A stretch of 37,612 nt of DNA, from the NCBI GenBank assembly GCA_045536015.1, contig JAZSMS010000058.1, positions 1 through 37,612 on the forward strand, written 5' to 3'. The notes below the pieces were generated by a model. It was not told the DNA's origin and ran no database searches. It worked only from the letters and a program-made list of their open reading frames with translations. The stretch's first letter is position 1, and each line of letters opens with the position of its first letter. A program made the position numbers and the translations under genes. This document shows, in pieces, positions 1 to 9,069 of the stretch. Origin of the DNA: Clostridia bacterium (lineage in GTDB: Bacteria > Bacillota > Clostridia > Christensenellales > QALW01).

Positions 1-2
1 AG

Positions 3-3000
3 GCAGCCTTTGAACAGATAGTTAACCAGATTATCATTCAGTCGCTTTATTATCCTACCTTGGTTGATGAAAACACTCACGACCACGATGGCTTTGTTGA
101 ATTTATCGATGATATAGGTCATTATATGGAGGTTAAGGAAATAAAGGGTATTATGATTGGTGATACTCTCTTTACCGGAAAATACCTTGCCGAAAACTTT
201 AACGAGCAAAGTGATACTTTCTTTGACAAGAATGGAAACTATACCGAGCTTGCAAATAACGTTGTTTGGTCGGTTATGGAAAGAATTGGTATAGATGACG
301 TTGTTGAAGCACGCGATCTTATAAACAGTGCTTACGAGGCAAAGCAGCTTTACTACGATGCTCAGACCGGTGATTGGTCAAACTTTATCGGCTGGTATGC
401 CGATGACAACGGCAACTATATGGGCCACTGGCACGCAGGCCACACCGCTGAAGATATTCCTGAGAAAAACGGTGTTAAGGCAACGTATATAAACCGTTCG
501 TATGGTATGCTTGGCCAGATTAAGGACGATTACGTTCAAACTGATCTTATGTATATCTCAACGCAGGTACATACCCGCATCTCTGACGGGCACTGCTCAC
601 TTATCTGGAAGATACCTGCTTCGCTTATTCCCGTTGTATCGTATAAGGTAACCTTAAATGCCGAAAAGCTTGAGGATGCTACGGAAGCTTCAATTGAATA
701 CGATGTCCAGGAGCCTATCAGCATTTTGTTTGAGGTTGGTCTTTTTGATGAAATAAACAAGGCTAATATATCAGAGATTATAACCGACCCTCAAAATCAC
801 GTTGATAGCACCGATCCGGGTAAATATTACCTTCATACTAACTGGTGGAAGGGTGCAAATATTTCACACGAGCACTTTGACAGAGAAAACGATACTATCG
901 TGTTCTTTGAGCCCAGCCAGGAAAACGAGCGCTATTACTATACCGAAACAACTCCCGTTTTAATTAAAGACGGTAACGACTATATCAGATATACCGGTGC
1001 ACAGCCTCAAGAAAATGACGGTAATACTTACTATCGCCTGTATTACGTGTTTAACGGAACAAGCATAGTTAAAATGCCCGAGCAAATGTCGGTGGAAACA
1101 ATTAAAAAGGCATCTGCGGGCGAAAACGGCACGTGGAATATTCCCGCAGGAACAGTTCATCGATTCTTTGAGCCGTTTAATCTTGAAAAAGATCCAAATG
1201 AAACAAAGTCGCTTGACTACGTTCGCTATCCCGTTGTAGAAGAAATTCCCGGTGAGGCAGGCAAATTCTACGTTGGCTCACTTCTTGGTAACAACGGTCT
1301 TTTAACGGTTGAAATTCCTCAGGGATTAAAGATTTCAAAAAAAGTTGACGATACTCTTTACGGAACGGATGAAATCTTTAAATTTAATATAACTGCTGAT
1401 GGCATTACGGGGCAGTATGACCTCTATAAACAAAAGGCAGACGGCACCTGGAAAACACCTGATACCATCACCTTTACAAACGGAACTACTTCGGTTGAAC
1501 TTGCCGCAGGCGAAACTGCCTACATTATGGGCTTGCCCGAGAATGTTAATTATACTGTAAAAGAAATTATAAACGGAGATTATGCAGTATCGGCGATTAA
1601 GATTGACGGTATTGAACAGACGGACCTTACACAAGCAGAGGTGCTTGTAAAGACAGACACTCTTACAGAGGCTGAGTTTACCAACACTCTTGTTGTTAAT
1701 GATGCTACTATCGTTGTAAGTAAAGAGGTTACGCATGACCCTGCGCTTACGTATAACGATAACCTTGAATTTACCTTCAGACTTTACAGAACGGATAATC
1801 CTGCCGCCTATGAAGAGTTTACCTTAAAGGCAGGAGAAAGCATAACGTTTAATAATGCAAACGCGGGCATTGTTCCTGGTAGCTACACCGTTGAGGAGGT
1901 AATCATTCCTGATGGCTTTACCGCAGATGCTACAAATAATAAGATAACCAAGGACGTTGCAAACGGTAGTGCTTCGGCATATGCATTCCACTTTGTAAAC
2001 GTGTATGAGCCCGAGGATATCAAACCGGTAAATCTTGTTGTTTCCGGCACAAAGGAAATAGATGGAAGAGCTTGGCGAGAAGGCGATAAGTTTACCTTTG
2101 CACTTCAATATTACAGCGTAAACGGATGGCAAGAGCTTGCAACACGTACGGTTGCGTATAATGATGCACAAAACTATGATTATAAGTTTGACTTTGCAAA
2201 TGATACCGACCTTACAAGCTTTGCGCTTGACAAACTTGGAACGCATTATTTCCGCGTTATAGAAAAAATTCCTGCCGATAATGAAAAGCTTGGCGGAATG
2301 ACATATAGCGACAGCCCACGTTATTTCCACGTTGTTGTTACTGACGAAACAATGGACGGCAAGCTTGAAATTAAAGAGGTTGTTGGTACAAATGCAACAG
2401 TTAACGGCGCAAACGTTGTTGCTGATTTTACAAATATTTACGCTGCAAATAAGGGCGACGATATAACAATTACCATAAACAAAACCGTTAACAATGATAA
2501 GGCGGGTACGGCGCTTTCGCCTGAGGGCTTTGTGTTTGGTATCTTTACCGTTGACGGAACAACTCCTTTGGCAGTTTCTGAGCCAACCGATGCAAACGGT
2601 AACACAAGCATAACGCTTTCGTTCCCAGCAACTGCAGCAGGAAAAAGCTATGAATTTGAGGTTAGAGAAATTGTTCCTGAAGATGTAGCAAACGGTCTTA
2701 TAAACGGCATGGAATACGACGCAACTCCGCGACCGATAACCATAACCATAGTTGATAATCTTGACGGAACAACTACTGCAAAGATAGATAATGCAGAGGG
2801 CGTAACGCAGGAGTATGAAAACAAGTATAAGCCAGCGGATGTTACTGTTAGCTTAGAAGGCACAAAGGTTATGGATGGAAGAAATTTCCACGATAACGAA
2901 TTTACCTTTATTTTAGCGGATAAGGAAAATTATAACAACGACGGTGATAACTTTAATTCGTCTAAAGAGGTCGGACATACCTCTAAGGTTGAAGGTGGAA

Positions 3001-4472
3001 AAATTGACTTTGGCTCGATAACCTTTAGCAAAATTGGCACTTATAAGTACACTGTAAGTGAAGTTCAGGGACAAATGGGCGGTGTAACTTATAGTGATAA
3101 GGTTTATGACGTTGAAATAATCGTTTCGGATGATGCTGATAACAACGGAACATTAGACGTAGTTGTTAAAATTGACGGCAACGTTGTAATGGGTTCAACC
3201 GCCGATACTATTGTTTTTGAAAATATCTACACTGCTGAGGAAGCAGAGGTTACCTTAGAGGCAACAAAGAACCTTATTGGCCGTGACCTTACTGCAAACG
3301 ATGACTTTAAGTTTGACTTATACAGTGCAAACGATCAGTTTGTTAAAGGTAACGTGCTCTATGATGACGTAAAACTTGTTATTGATGCACAAGATGCTAA
3401 AAAGGGTCTTATTAAATTTGATAAGATGACCTTTGGCACCGCGGGTGATTGGTACTTTGTAGCAGTTGAGGACGGCGAAAACGGAAAAGGCATAACCGTT
3501 GATAAGACCGAGTATAAGATTCATATAAACGTTAAGGATAATAAGGAAGGCAAGCTTATTGCTACCGTTTACGTAAACGGAACGGCAGTTACAGGCTCAA
3601 CCAAGGATGCTATCGTGTTTAATAACGAATACGAGGCAACGGCTTCGCTTACTATAGCCGCAACCAAAAAGCTTGACGGCAGAGAAATTAAGCCTGATGA
3701 GTTTATCTTTGAACTTTATAACGAGCAGAACCAAAAGATTGGTGAAGCAAAGGTTAAAGAGGGCGGCAAGATAGAGTTTGAACCTATCGTGTTTGTTCAA
3801 ACGGGCGATAAGACATATAATTACACTATTAAAGAGTTTGTAGGCAGCGATTCGGCGATTTCGTACGATACAAAGACTTATGCTTTAAAGGTAGAAACCA
3901 CTGATAACGGCGACGGAACCCTTACAATAAAGACGTACGTTGATACAAAGCTTGTTACAGGATCTACAAAGGACGAGATAGTATTTAACAATACCTACTC
4001 AACAAGCGGTATTCTTGTAATAAAAGCAGAAAAAGATCTTGTAGGCAGAGATTTAGTTGCTGATGAGTTTGAATTTGAACTTTATGACGAGCTTGGTGCA
4101 AAGGTAGAAAGCGTTAAAAACGATGCCGACGGCAAGATCAGCTTTACTGCAATACAGCTTGATAAAGCAGGCAAAAAGGTTTATACAATAAAAGAAGTTA
4201 AGGGCAATCAAGAAAACATTATTTATGATGATGCGGTTTACACGATAGAAGTTACTGCAAAAGATAACGGTGACGGAACCTTAACTGTTACGCAAAAGTT
4301 CTTTGATGCAAATGACGATGAAATTACAAAGATAATTTTTGAAAACACTTACAAAGAGCCTATCAAGCCTCCGGCTACGGGCGATACAGTTAACCCGCTT
4401 TTACTTGCGCTTGTTATAATAAGTGTAGTAGGACTTGCTGTTGTGATACGCAACAAAAAACAAAACGCATAA
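3..4472 (+). CDS. Large cell-wall-anchored surface protein (adhesin/pilin-like) with tandem Spy0128/FctA/CnaB-type Ig-like repeats; 5'-truncated by the window edge
   Basis: Frame is open from nt 3 (AAFEQIVNQIIIQSLYYPTL...), so TTG at 60 is probably not the start. Repeats of the form K.l.GR....F.F.L ... Y.i.E ... YD...y.i.V ... G.L ... F.N.Y. C-terminal PPATG, hydrophobic helix and basic tail (RNKK) form a sortase sorting signal. Confidence 0.85.
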   Translation, partial: AAFEQIVNQIIIQSLYYPTLVDENTHDHDGFVEFIDDIGHYMEVKEIKGIMIGDTLFTGKYLAENFNEQSDTFFDKNGNYTELANNVVWSVMERIGIDDVVEARDLINSAYEAKQLYYDAQTGDWSNFIGWYADDNGNYMGHWHAGHTAEDIPEKNGVKATYINRSYGMLGQIKDDYVQTDLMYISTQVHTRISDGHCSLIWKIPASLIPVVSYKVTLNAEKLEDATEASIEYDVQEPISILFEVGLFDEINKANISEIITDPQNHVDSTDPGKYYLHTNWWKGANISHEHFDRENDTIVFFEPSQENERYYYTETTPVLIKDGNDYIRYTGAQPQENDGNTYYRLYYVFNGTSIVKMPEQMSVETIKKASAGENGTWNIPAGTVHRFFEPFNLEKDPNETKSLDYVRYPVVEEIPGEAGKFYVGSLLGNNGLLTVEIPQGLKISKKVDDTLYGTDEIFKFNITADGITGQYDLYKQKADGTWKTPDTITFTNGTTSVELAAGETAYIMGLPENVNYTVKEIINGDYAVSAIKIDGIEQTDLTQAEVLVKTDTLTEAEFTNTLVVNDATIVVSKEVTHDPALTYNDNLEFTFRLYRTDNPAAYEEFTLKAGESITFNNANAGIVPGSYTVEEVIIPDGFTADATNNKITKDVANGSASAYAFHFVNVYEPEDIKPVNLVVSGTKEIDGRAWREGDKFTFALQYYSVNGWQELATRTVAYNDAQNYDYKFDFANDTDLTSFALDKLGTHYFRVIEKIPADNEKLGGMTYSDSPRYFHVVVTDETMDGKLEIKEVVGTNATVNGANVVADFTNIYAANKGDDITITINKTVNNDKAGTALSPEGFVFGIFTVDGTTPLAVSEPTDANGNTSITLSFPATAAGKSYEFEVREIVPEDVANGLINGMEYDATPRPITITIVDNLDGTTTAKIDNAEGVTQEYENKYKPADVTVSLEGTKVMDGRNFHDNEFTFILADKENYNNDGDNFNSSKEVGHTSKVEGGKIDFGSITFSKIGTYKYTVSEVQGQMGGVTYSDKVYDVEIIVSDDADNNGTLDVVVKIDGNVVMGSTADTIVFENIYTAEEAEVTLEATKNLIGRDLTANDDFKFDLYSANDQFVKGNVLYDDVKLVIDAQDAKKGLIKFDKMTFGTAGDWYFVAVEDGENGKGITVDKTEYKIHINVKDNKEGKLIATVYVNGTAVTGSTKDAIVFNNEYEATASLTIAATKKLDGREIKPDEFIFELYNEQNQKIGEAKVKEGGKIEFEPIVFVQTGDKTYNYTIKEFVGSDSAISYDTKTYALKVETTDNGDGTLTIKTYVDTKLVTGSTKDEIVFNNTYSTSGILVIKAEKDLVGRDLVADEFEFELYDELGAKVESVKNDADGKISFTAIQLDKAGKKVYTIKEVKGNQENIIYDDAVYTIEVTAKDNGDGTLTVTQKFFDANDDEITKIIFENTYKEPIKPPATGDTVNPLLLALVIISVVGLAVVIRNKKQNA

Positions 4473-4480
4473 AATTATTT

Positions 4481-4520
4481 AAAAATCCCAAAGAAAAAAT
4501 GCTTTGGGATTTTTTATTTT
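4481..4520 (+). terminator. Rho-independent terminator
   Basis: AAAAATCCCAAAG-N8-CTTTGGGATTTTT hairpin with T-tract just after the stop codon. Confidence 0.8.
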
Positions 4521-4624
4521 TGTAAAAAAAAGCTAAATTGTGCGTCAAAAACGCAAAAATGGTAAAAAACGTCAATATATATACAAAAAATTCATAATTT
4601 GCTTAAAAAAATTAAATATTTATC

Positions 4625-4653
4625 TTGAAATACTATAAAGAAAATTGTATAAT
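4625..4653 (+). promoter_or_regulatory. SigA/sigma70-type promoter for the EF-G paralogue
   Basis: TTGAAA (4625-4630), 17 bp spacer, TATAAT (4648-4653). Confidence 0.7.
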
Positions 4654-4709
4654 ATATTTAATAGTGAGCAATTCTATTTTTATTGCTAAAAAAGAAAGGG
4701 GACATTGAA

Positions 4710-6752
4710 ATGGATTATCACGCTTCCAACATTCGAAACATTGCATTCATAGGACATGGCGGTGACGGAAAGACTTCGCTTACCGAAGCTCTGCTTTTTT
4801 TAAACGGAAACATTGACCGTTTAGGAAAGACCGAAGAAGGAAATACTGTCAGCGATTATGACCAGGAGGAAGTAAAGCGAAAGATATCTATTTCACTTTC
4901 GGTTGCACCGGTAGAATTTGAACAAAGCAAAATAAATATTATCGACTGCCCCGGATACTTTGATTTTGAGGGTAGTGTTATTGGCGCGCTTTCCGCTTGC
5001 GACGGCGCGGTTATAGTTATGTCTGCAACCTCGGGCGTAAACGTTGGTTGCGAAAAGGCTATTGAAAAAACACGCAAAAATAAAATTCCGCGCGTTATAT
5101 TTATTAATCAGATGGATAAAGAGCACGCTTCGTTTGATAAGTGCGTTCAACAGTTAAAGGATAAATACGGCTCCAATATTGTACCTATTCTCTATCCTAT
5201 TATGGAAGGCAATTCTATGGTTGGATATGTTGACTTAATTGATGCACAAGCCTATAAGTTTGATGGCAATAAGCGCGTTAAAACCGAAATTCCTGCTTCT
5301 ATTGCAGATACCGTTGCACTGGAGCGTTCAGAATTAATGGAAACTGCGGCAGAGAATGATGAAGAACTTATGGAAAAGGTTATAATGGGCGAAGAGCTTA
5401 CTCACGATGAAATGATTAAGGGCTTATCGCTTGGTGTAGCCGATTCTTCGGCAGTTCCCGTTTTGTGCGGTAGCGCTATCGACTTTAAGGGTGTTAAACT
5501 TTTGCAGGATACAATAATGCGACTTATTCCCTCAAGCGAAAATAAAGAGTTTGAAGGAGAAGATGATATCCGCGTTTGTAGCGAAAATGAGCCCTTCTCG
5601 GCTTATGTATTTAAAACTATATCTGATCCCTTTGCAGGAAAGCTTTCTCTCTTTGTTGTGCGCTCGGGCATGCTTACGCTTTCGACAAAGGTTGTAAATG
5701 CTCGCGAAGGCAAGGAAGAAAAGATAAGCAATATTTATATGCTTCGCGGAAAACAGCAAATTCAAGTGCAAAAGCTTTGTGCAGGCGATATAGGTGCATT
5801 TGGTCGTTTGCAGTACACGCTTACGGGCGATACACTCTATGCTGATAAAAAGATTACCTATTCTGCACCCGAGCTTCCGTGGCCCGGAATTTCGCTTGCA
5901 GTTTCGCCAAAAAAACAGGGCGACGAAGATAAAGTATTCTCAGGCTTAAGACGCTTGTGCGAAGAAGACGATACACTTAAGCTTGAGAAGAATGAAAAGA
6001 CAAATCAAATGCTTCTTCGTGGCCTTGGAGATATGCATTTAGACGTTGCAATTCAAAAGTTAAAAACAAAGTTTAACGGCGAAGCTCAGCTTACCGCACC
6101 CATTATTCCTTACCGCGAAACTATTAAAAAAGCGGTTAAGGCACAGGGTAAATATAAAAAGCAGTCGGGCGGTCACGGACAGTACGGCGATTGCTGGATA
6201 GAATTTGCACCAAGTGATAAGGATTTTGAATTTATAGATAAGGTTGTTGGCGGCGCAGTTCCAAGGGCATACATACCTGCTGTTGAAAAGGGACTTTTAG
6301 AAGCAGTTCGCCACGGCGTTTTAGCCGGATATCCTGTTGTAGGAATAAGTTGTACACTTTACGACGGCTCGTATCACCCTGTTGATTCTTCCGAAATGGC
6401 GTTTAAGTCAGCGGCTTCCATCGCTTATAAAACGGCTTGTGCGTCGGCTAACCCCACGCTTTTAGAGCCCGTTTGCTCGGTTAAAATTACCGTTCCTGAC
6501 GATTATATGGGCGACGTTATAGGCGATATTAATAAGCGTCGAGGAAGAATACTTGGCATGACGCCCGTTGCAGAGGGTCAATGCATAGAGGGCGAGGTTC
6601 CCGAGGCAGAAATGACGTATTATTCGGTTGACCTTCGTTCGATGACACAGGGTAGAGGAAGCTATTATATGGAATTCTGCCGATATGAAGAGGCTCCGTC
6701 AAATATCGCGGCAAAAATTGCCGCTGAGGCTTCTAAATCGGTTGAAGAATAA
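4710..6752 (+). CDS. fusA: Elongation factor G paralogue (EF-G2-like)
   Basis: GHGGDGKT, DCPG, NQMD, YRETI, KQSGGHGQYG, GSYHPVDSSEMAF, LRSMTQGRG. G-domain motifs are divergent and the gene is outside the str operon. ATG 4710 follows an AAAGGGG RBS. Confidence 0.92.
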   Translation: MDYHASNIRNIAFIGHGGDGKTSLTEALLFLNGNIDRLGKTEEGNTVSDYDQEEVKRKISISLSVAPVEFEQSKINIIDCPGYFDFEGSVIGALSACDGAVIVMSATSGVNVGCEKAIEKTRKNKIPRVIFINQMDKEHASFDKCVQQLKDKYGSNIVPILYPIMEGNSMVGYVDLIDAQAYKFDGNKRVKTEIPASIADTVALERSELMETAAENDEELMEKVIMGEELTHDEMIKGLSLGVADSSAVPVLCGSAIDFKGVKLLQDTIMRLIPSSENKEFEGEDDIRVCSENEPFSAYVFKTISDPFAGKLSLFVVRSGMLTLSTKVVNAREGKEEKISNIYMLRGKQQIQVQKLCAGDIGAFGRLQYTLTGDTLYADKKITYSAPELPWPGISLAVSPKKQGDEDKVFSGLRRLCEEDDTLKLEKNEKTNQMLLRGLGDMHLDVAIQKLKTKFNGEAQLTAPIIPYRETIKKAVKAQGKYKKQSGGHGQYGDCWIEFAPSDKDFEFIDKVVGGAVPRAYIPAVEKGLLEAVRHGVLAGYPVVGISCTLYDGSYHPVDSSEMAFKSAASIAYKTACASANPTLLEPVCSVKITVPDDYMGDVIGDINKRRGRILGMTPVAEGQCIEGEVPEAEMTYYSVDLRSMTQGRGSYYMEFCRYEEAPSNIAAKIAAEASKSVEE

Positions 6753-6756
6753 ATAG

Positions 6757-6785
6757 TTGCTAAAAAACAAAATTTGATGTAAAAT
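6757..6785 (+). promoter_or_regulatory. Putative SigA promoter for spoVG
   Basis: TTGCTA, 17 bp spacer, TAAAAT. Confidence 0.45.
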
Positions 6786-6822
6786 ACAAGTCGTGTTTTA
6801 CATTAGAACAGGAGGAGTTATA

Positions 6823-7080
6823 ATGCAAATCACAGATGTCAGAATTCGTAAGATCGACACGGCAGGCAAGCTTAGAGCGGTTGCATCAATAACCTTTGAT
6901 GATGAATTTGTTGTTCACGATATCAAAGTGATTGAGGGTAACGAATCGCTTTTTGTTGCAATGCCTAGCGTGAAGAATGCACGAAACGAATTCAAGGATG
7001 TTGCGCATCCTATAAAGACAGAGCTTCGCGAGAAGATCTCCAAGGCAGTGCTTGAAAAATTTGCTGAAGAGGGAGAATAA
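6823..7080 (+). CDS. spoVG: Septation regulator SpoVG
   Basis: [10 protein letters not shown]...[19 protein letters not shown]...FVAMPS...[16 protein letters not shown] before ATG 6823. Upstream of glmU as usual. Confidence 0.96.
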   Translation: MQITDVRIRKIDTAGKLRAVASITFDDEFVVHDIKVIEGNESLFVAMPSVKNARNEFKDVAHPIKTELREKISKAVLEKFAEEGE

Positions 7081-7083
7081 AAA

Positions 7084-7105
7084 GGGCGCATAAGCGCCCA
7101 TTTTT
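7084..7105 (+). terminator. Short hairpin or weak terminator between spoVG and glmU
   Basis: GGGCGC-ATAA-GCGCCC followed by ATTTTT. Confidence 0.55.
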
Positions 7106-7128
7106 ATTGTATTTAAGGAGGAAACAGA

Positions 7129-8496
7129 ATGTATAAAACAGCGTTGATTTTAGCCGCAGGTGACGGTAAACGAATGAAGTCTAAATTACCAAAGGTGCTT
7201 CACAAGGTTTGTGGAAAACAACTTGTTAAGCACGTTTTTGATGCCGTTAGCGGTATTTGTGATGATAAGCCCATAGTTGTTGTGCGAAGAAGCGCAGAGC
7301 TTGTAGAAAAACTGCTTGCTGATAATGCGCGCTTTGCTTATCAAGAGGTACGCAAGGGTACTGCACACGCCGTTATGTGCGCACAGGAGCTTTTTGAAAA
7401 AAATGACGGCTATATAATTATAACTGCGGGCGATATGCCGCTTTTAAGGGCAGAGACCTTTGAAAAACTTTTTGAGCAAACGGTTAAAGGCGAATATTCT
7501 GCTTGCGTTTTGACGGCAAAGGTAGAAGATCCCTTTGGATACGGAAGAATAATTCGTTCTTCGCTCGGTGACGTTTCTTCGATAGTAGAGCAGCGTGATG
7601 CAACTGAAGAGCAACAAAAAATAAACGAGATTAATACGTCTGTTTACTGCTTTAATATAAAAGATTTACTTTGTGCGCTTTCTAAGGTTACAGCAGATAA
7701 CGCGCAAGGCGAGCTTTATCTTACCGATACGCTTTCAATCTTAAATAATATGGGTAAAAAGGTTGGCGCATGCGTGCTTGAAGATAGCATTGAGGCAATG
7801 GGAATAAACGACCGTGTTCAGTTGTCCAAAGCAGAAGCACAGATGCGCAGAAGAATAAATAAACAGGTAATGCTATCTGGAGTAACACTTATTGACCCCG
7901 AAAACACTTATATCGAAGCAAGTGTAAAAATAGGTCAGGATACGGTTATTTATCCGGGAAGTGTTATTTCGGGCAACACTGTTATCGGCGAAGATGCGGT
8001 TATATATTCCGGCTCAAGAATAGTTGATTCTTATATCGGCAACGGTTGCGAGGTAACTTCTTCGGTTATGCTTGAAGCAAAGATAGGAAATAATACAAAG
8101 GTTGGACCAAATGCATATCTGCGCAAAGGTACAGATGTTGGTGATGATGCGCGAATTGGCGATTTTGTTGAGATTAAAAATGCGCGTATAGGTAACGGCA
8201 CCAAAGTAAGCCATTTAACGTACGTTGGCGATGCTACAGTAGGTGAAAATTGCAATATGGGCTGTGGTACGGTGTTTGTTAATTACGACGGAAAAAATAA
8301 GCATCATTCTACCGTTGGCGATCACGTGTTTATTGGTTGCAATTCTAATATAATTGCGCCTGTTAAAATAGGAAATAACGCTTTTATTGCGGCGGCTACC
8401 ACCGTAACTAAAGACGTTGAAGAAAACGATTTAAGCATTGGCAGATCACGCCAAGAAAACAAGAAGGGCTGGGTGCTTAATTATAAAAACTGGTAA
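7129..8496 (+). CDS. glmU: Bifunctional UDP-GlcNAc pyrophosphorylase / glucosamine-1-phosphate N-acetyltransferase
   Basis: LAAGDGKRMKSKLPKVLH, GTAHAV, GYGRI, NAQGELYLTD, hexapeptide repeats, HLTYVGDA, NYDG. AAGGAGG RBS. Confidence 0.97.
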   Translation: MYKTALILAAGDGKRMKSKLPKVLHKVCGKQLVKHVFDAVSGICDDKPIVVVRRSAELVEKLLADNARFAYQEVRKGTAHAVMCAQELFEKNDGYIIITAGDMPLLRAETFEKLFEQTVKGEYSACVLTAKVEDPFGYGRIIRSSLGDVSSIVEQRDATEEQQKINEINTSVYCFNIKDLLCALSKVTADNAQGELYLTDTLSILNNMGKKVGACVLEDSIEAMGINDRVQLSKAEAQMRRRINKQVMLSGVTLIDPENTYIEASVKIGQDTVIYPGSVISGNTVIGEDAVIYSGSRIVDSYIGNGCEVTSSVMLEAKIGNNTKVGPNAYLRKGTDVGDDARIGDFVEIKNARIGNGTKVSHLTYVGDATVGENCNMGCGTVFVNYDGKNKHHSTVGDHVFIGCNSNIIAPVKIGNNAFIAAATTVTKDVEENDLSIGRSRQENKKGWVLNYKNW

Positions 8497-8500
8497 CGAA

Positions 8501-9067
8501 ATACTTATAATTGCAGGGCTTGGCAATCCGGGCGAGAAGTATGCGCAAACACGTCATAATATGGGCTTTAGGGCAATAGATGCTCTTACGATGGCGCTTG
8601 ATGCTGGCTTACCAAAAGAAAAGTTTGAAGGACTTATTTTTGAAGCAAGGCAAAACGATAAAAAAATTTTGCTTGTTAAACCGCAAACGTTTATGAACGA
8701 TAGCGGAAGATGCTTGTCACAGGTGCTTAACTTTTACAAGGCAGAAAAGGCTAACTTGCTTGTTATCTATGACGATATTGACCTTCCTGAAGGTAAGGTG
8801 CGCATAAGACAAAAGGGCGGACCTGGCACGCATAACGGAATGCGCTCGATTGTTTCTTCTCTTTCAAGCGAAGATTTTCCGAGAATTCGCGTTGGCGTAG
8901 GTGCACCGGAGCAAAAAGAAGAACTTATTGGCTGGGTGCTTGGAAAAATTCCTAAAGAAAGTCAGGAAAAAATAGACGAGGCAATCTCCATTGCCACCAA
9001 AGCTGCAATAGAGTTTGCAAAAAATGGCATCGAAAGTGCGATGCAAAAATATAATAAAGGAAAATAA
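8501..9067 (+). CDS. pth: Peptidyl-tRNA hydrolase (start uncertain: homology begins at ATA 8501; the ORF track uses TTG 8438 inside glmU)
   Basis: IIAGLGNPG..Y..TRHNMGF, KPQTFMNDSG, YDDIDL, HNGMRSI, FPRIRVGVG. Confidence 0.93.
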   Translation: MLIIAGLGNPGEKYAQTRHNMGFRAIDALTMALDAGLPKEKFEGLIFEARQNDKKILLVKPQTFMNDSGRCLSQVLNFYKAEKANLLVIYDDIDLPEGKVRIRQKGGPGTHNGMRSIVSSLSSEDFPRIRVGVGAPEQKEELIGWVLGKIPKESQEKIDEAISIATKAAIEFAKNGIESAMQKYNKGK

Positions 9068-9069
9068 AA

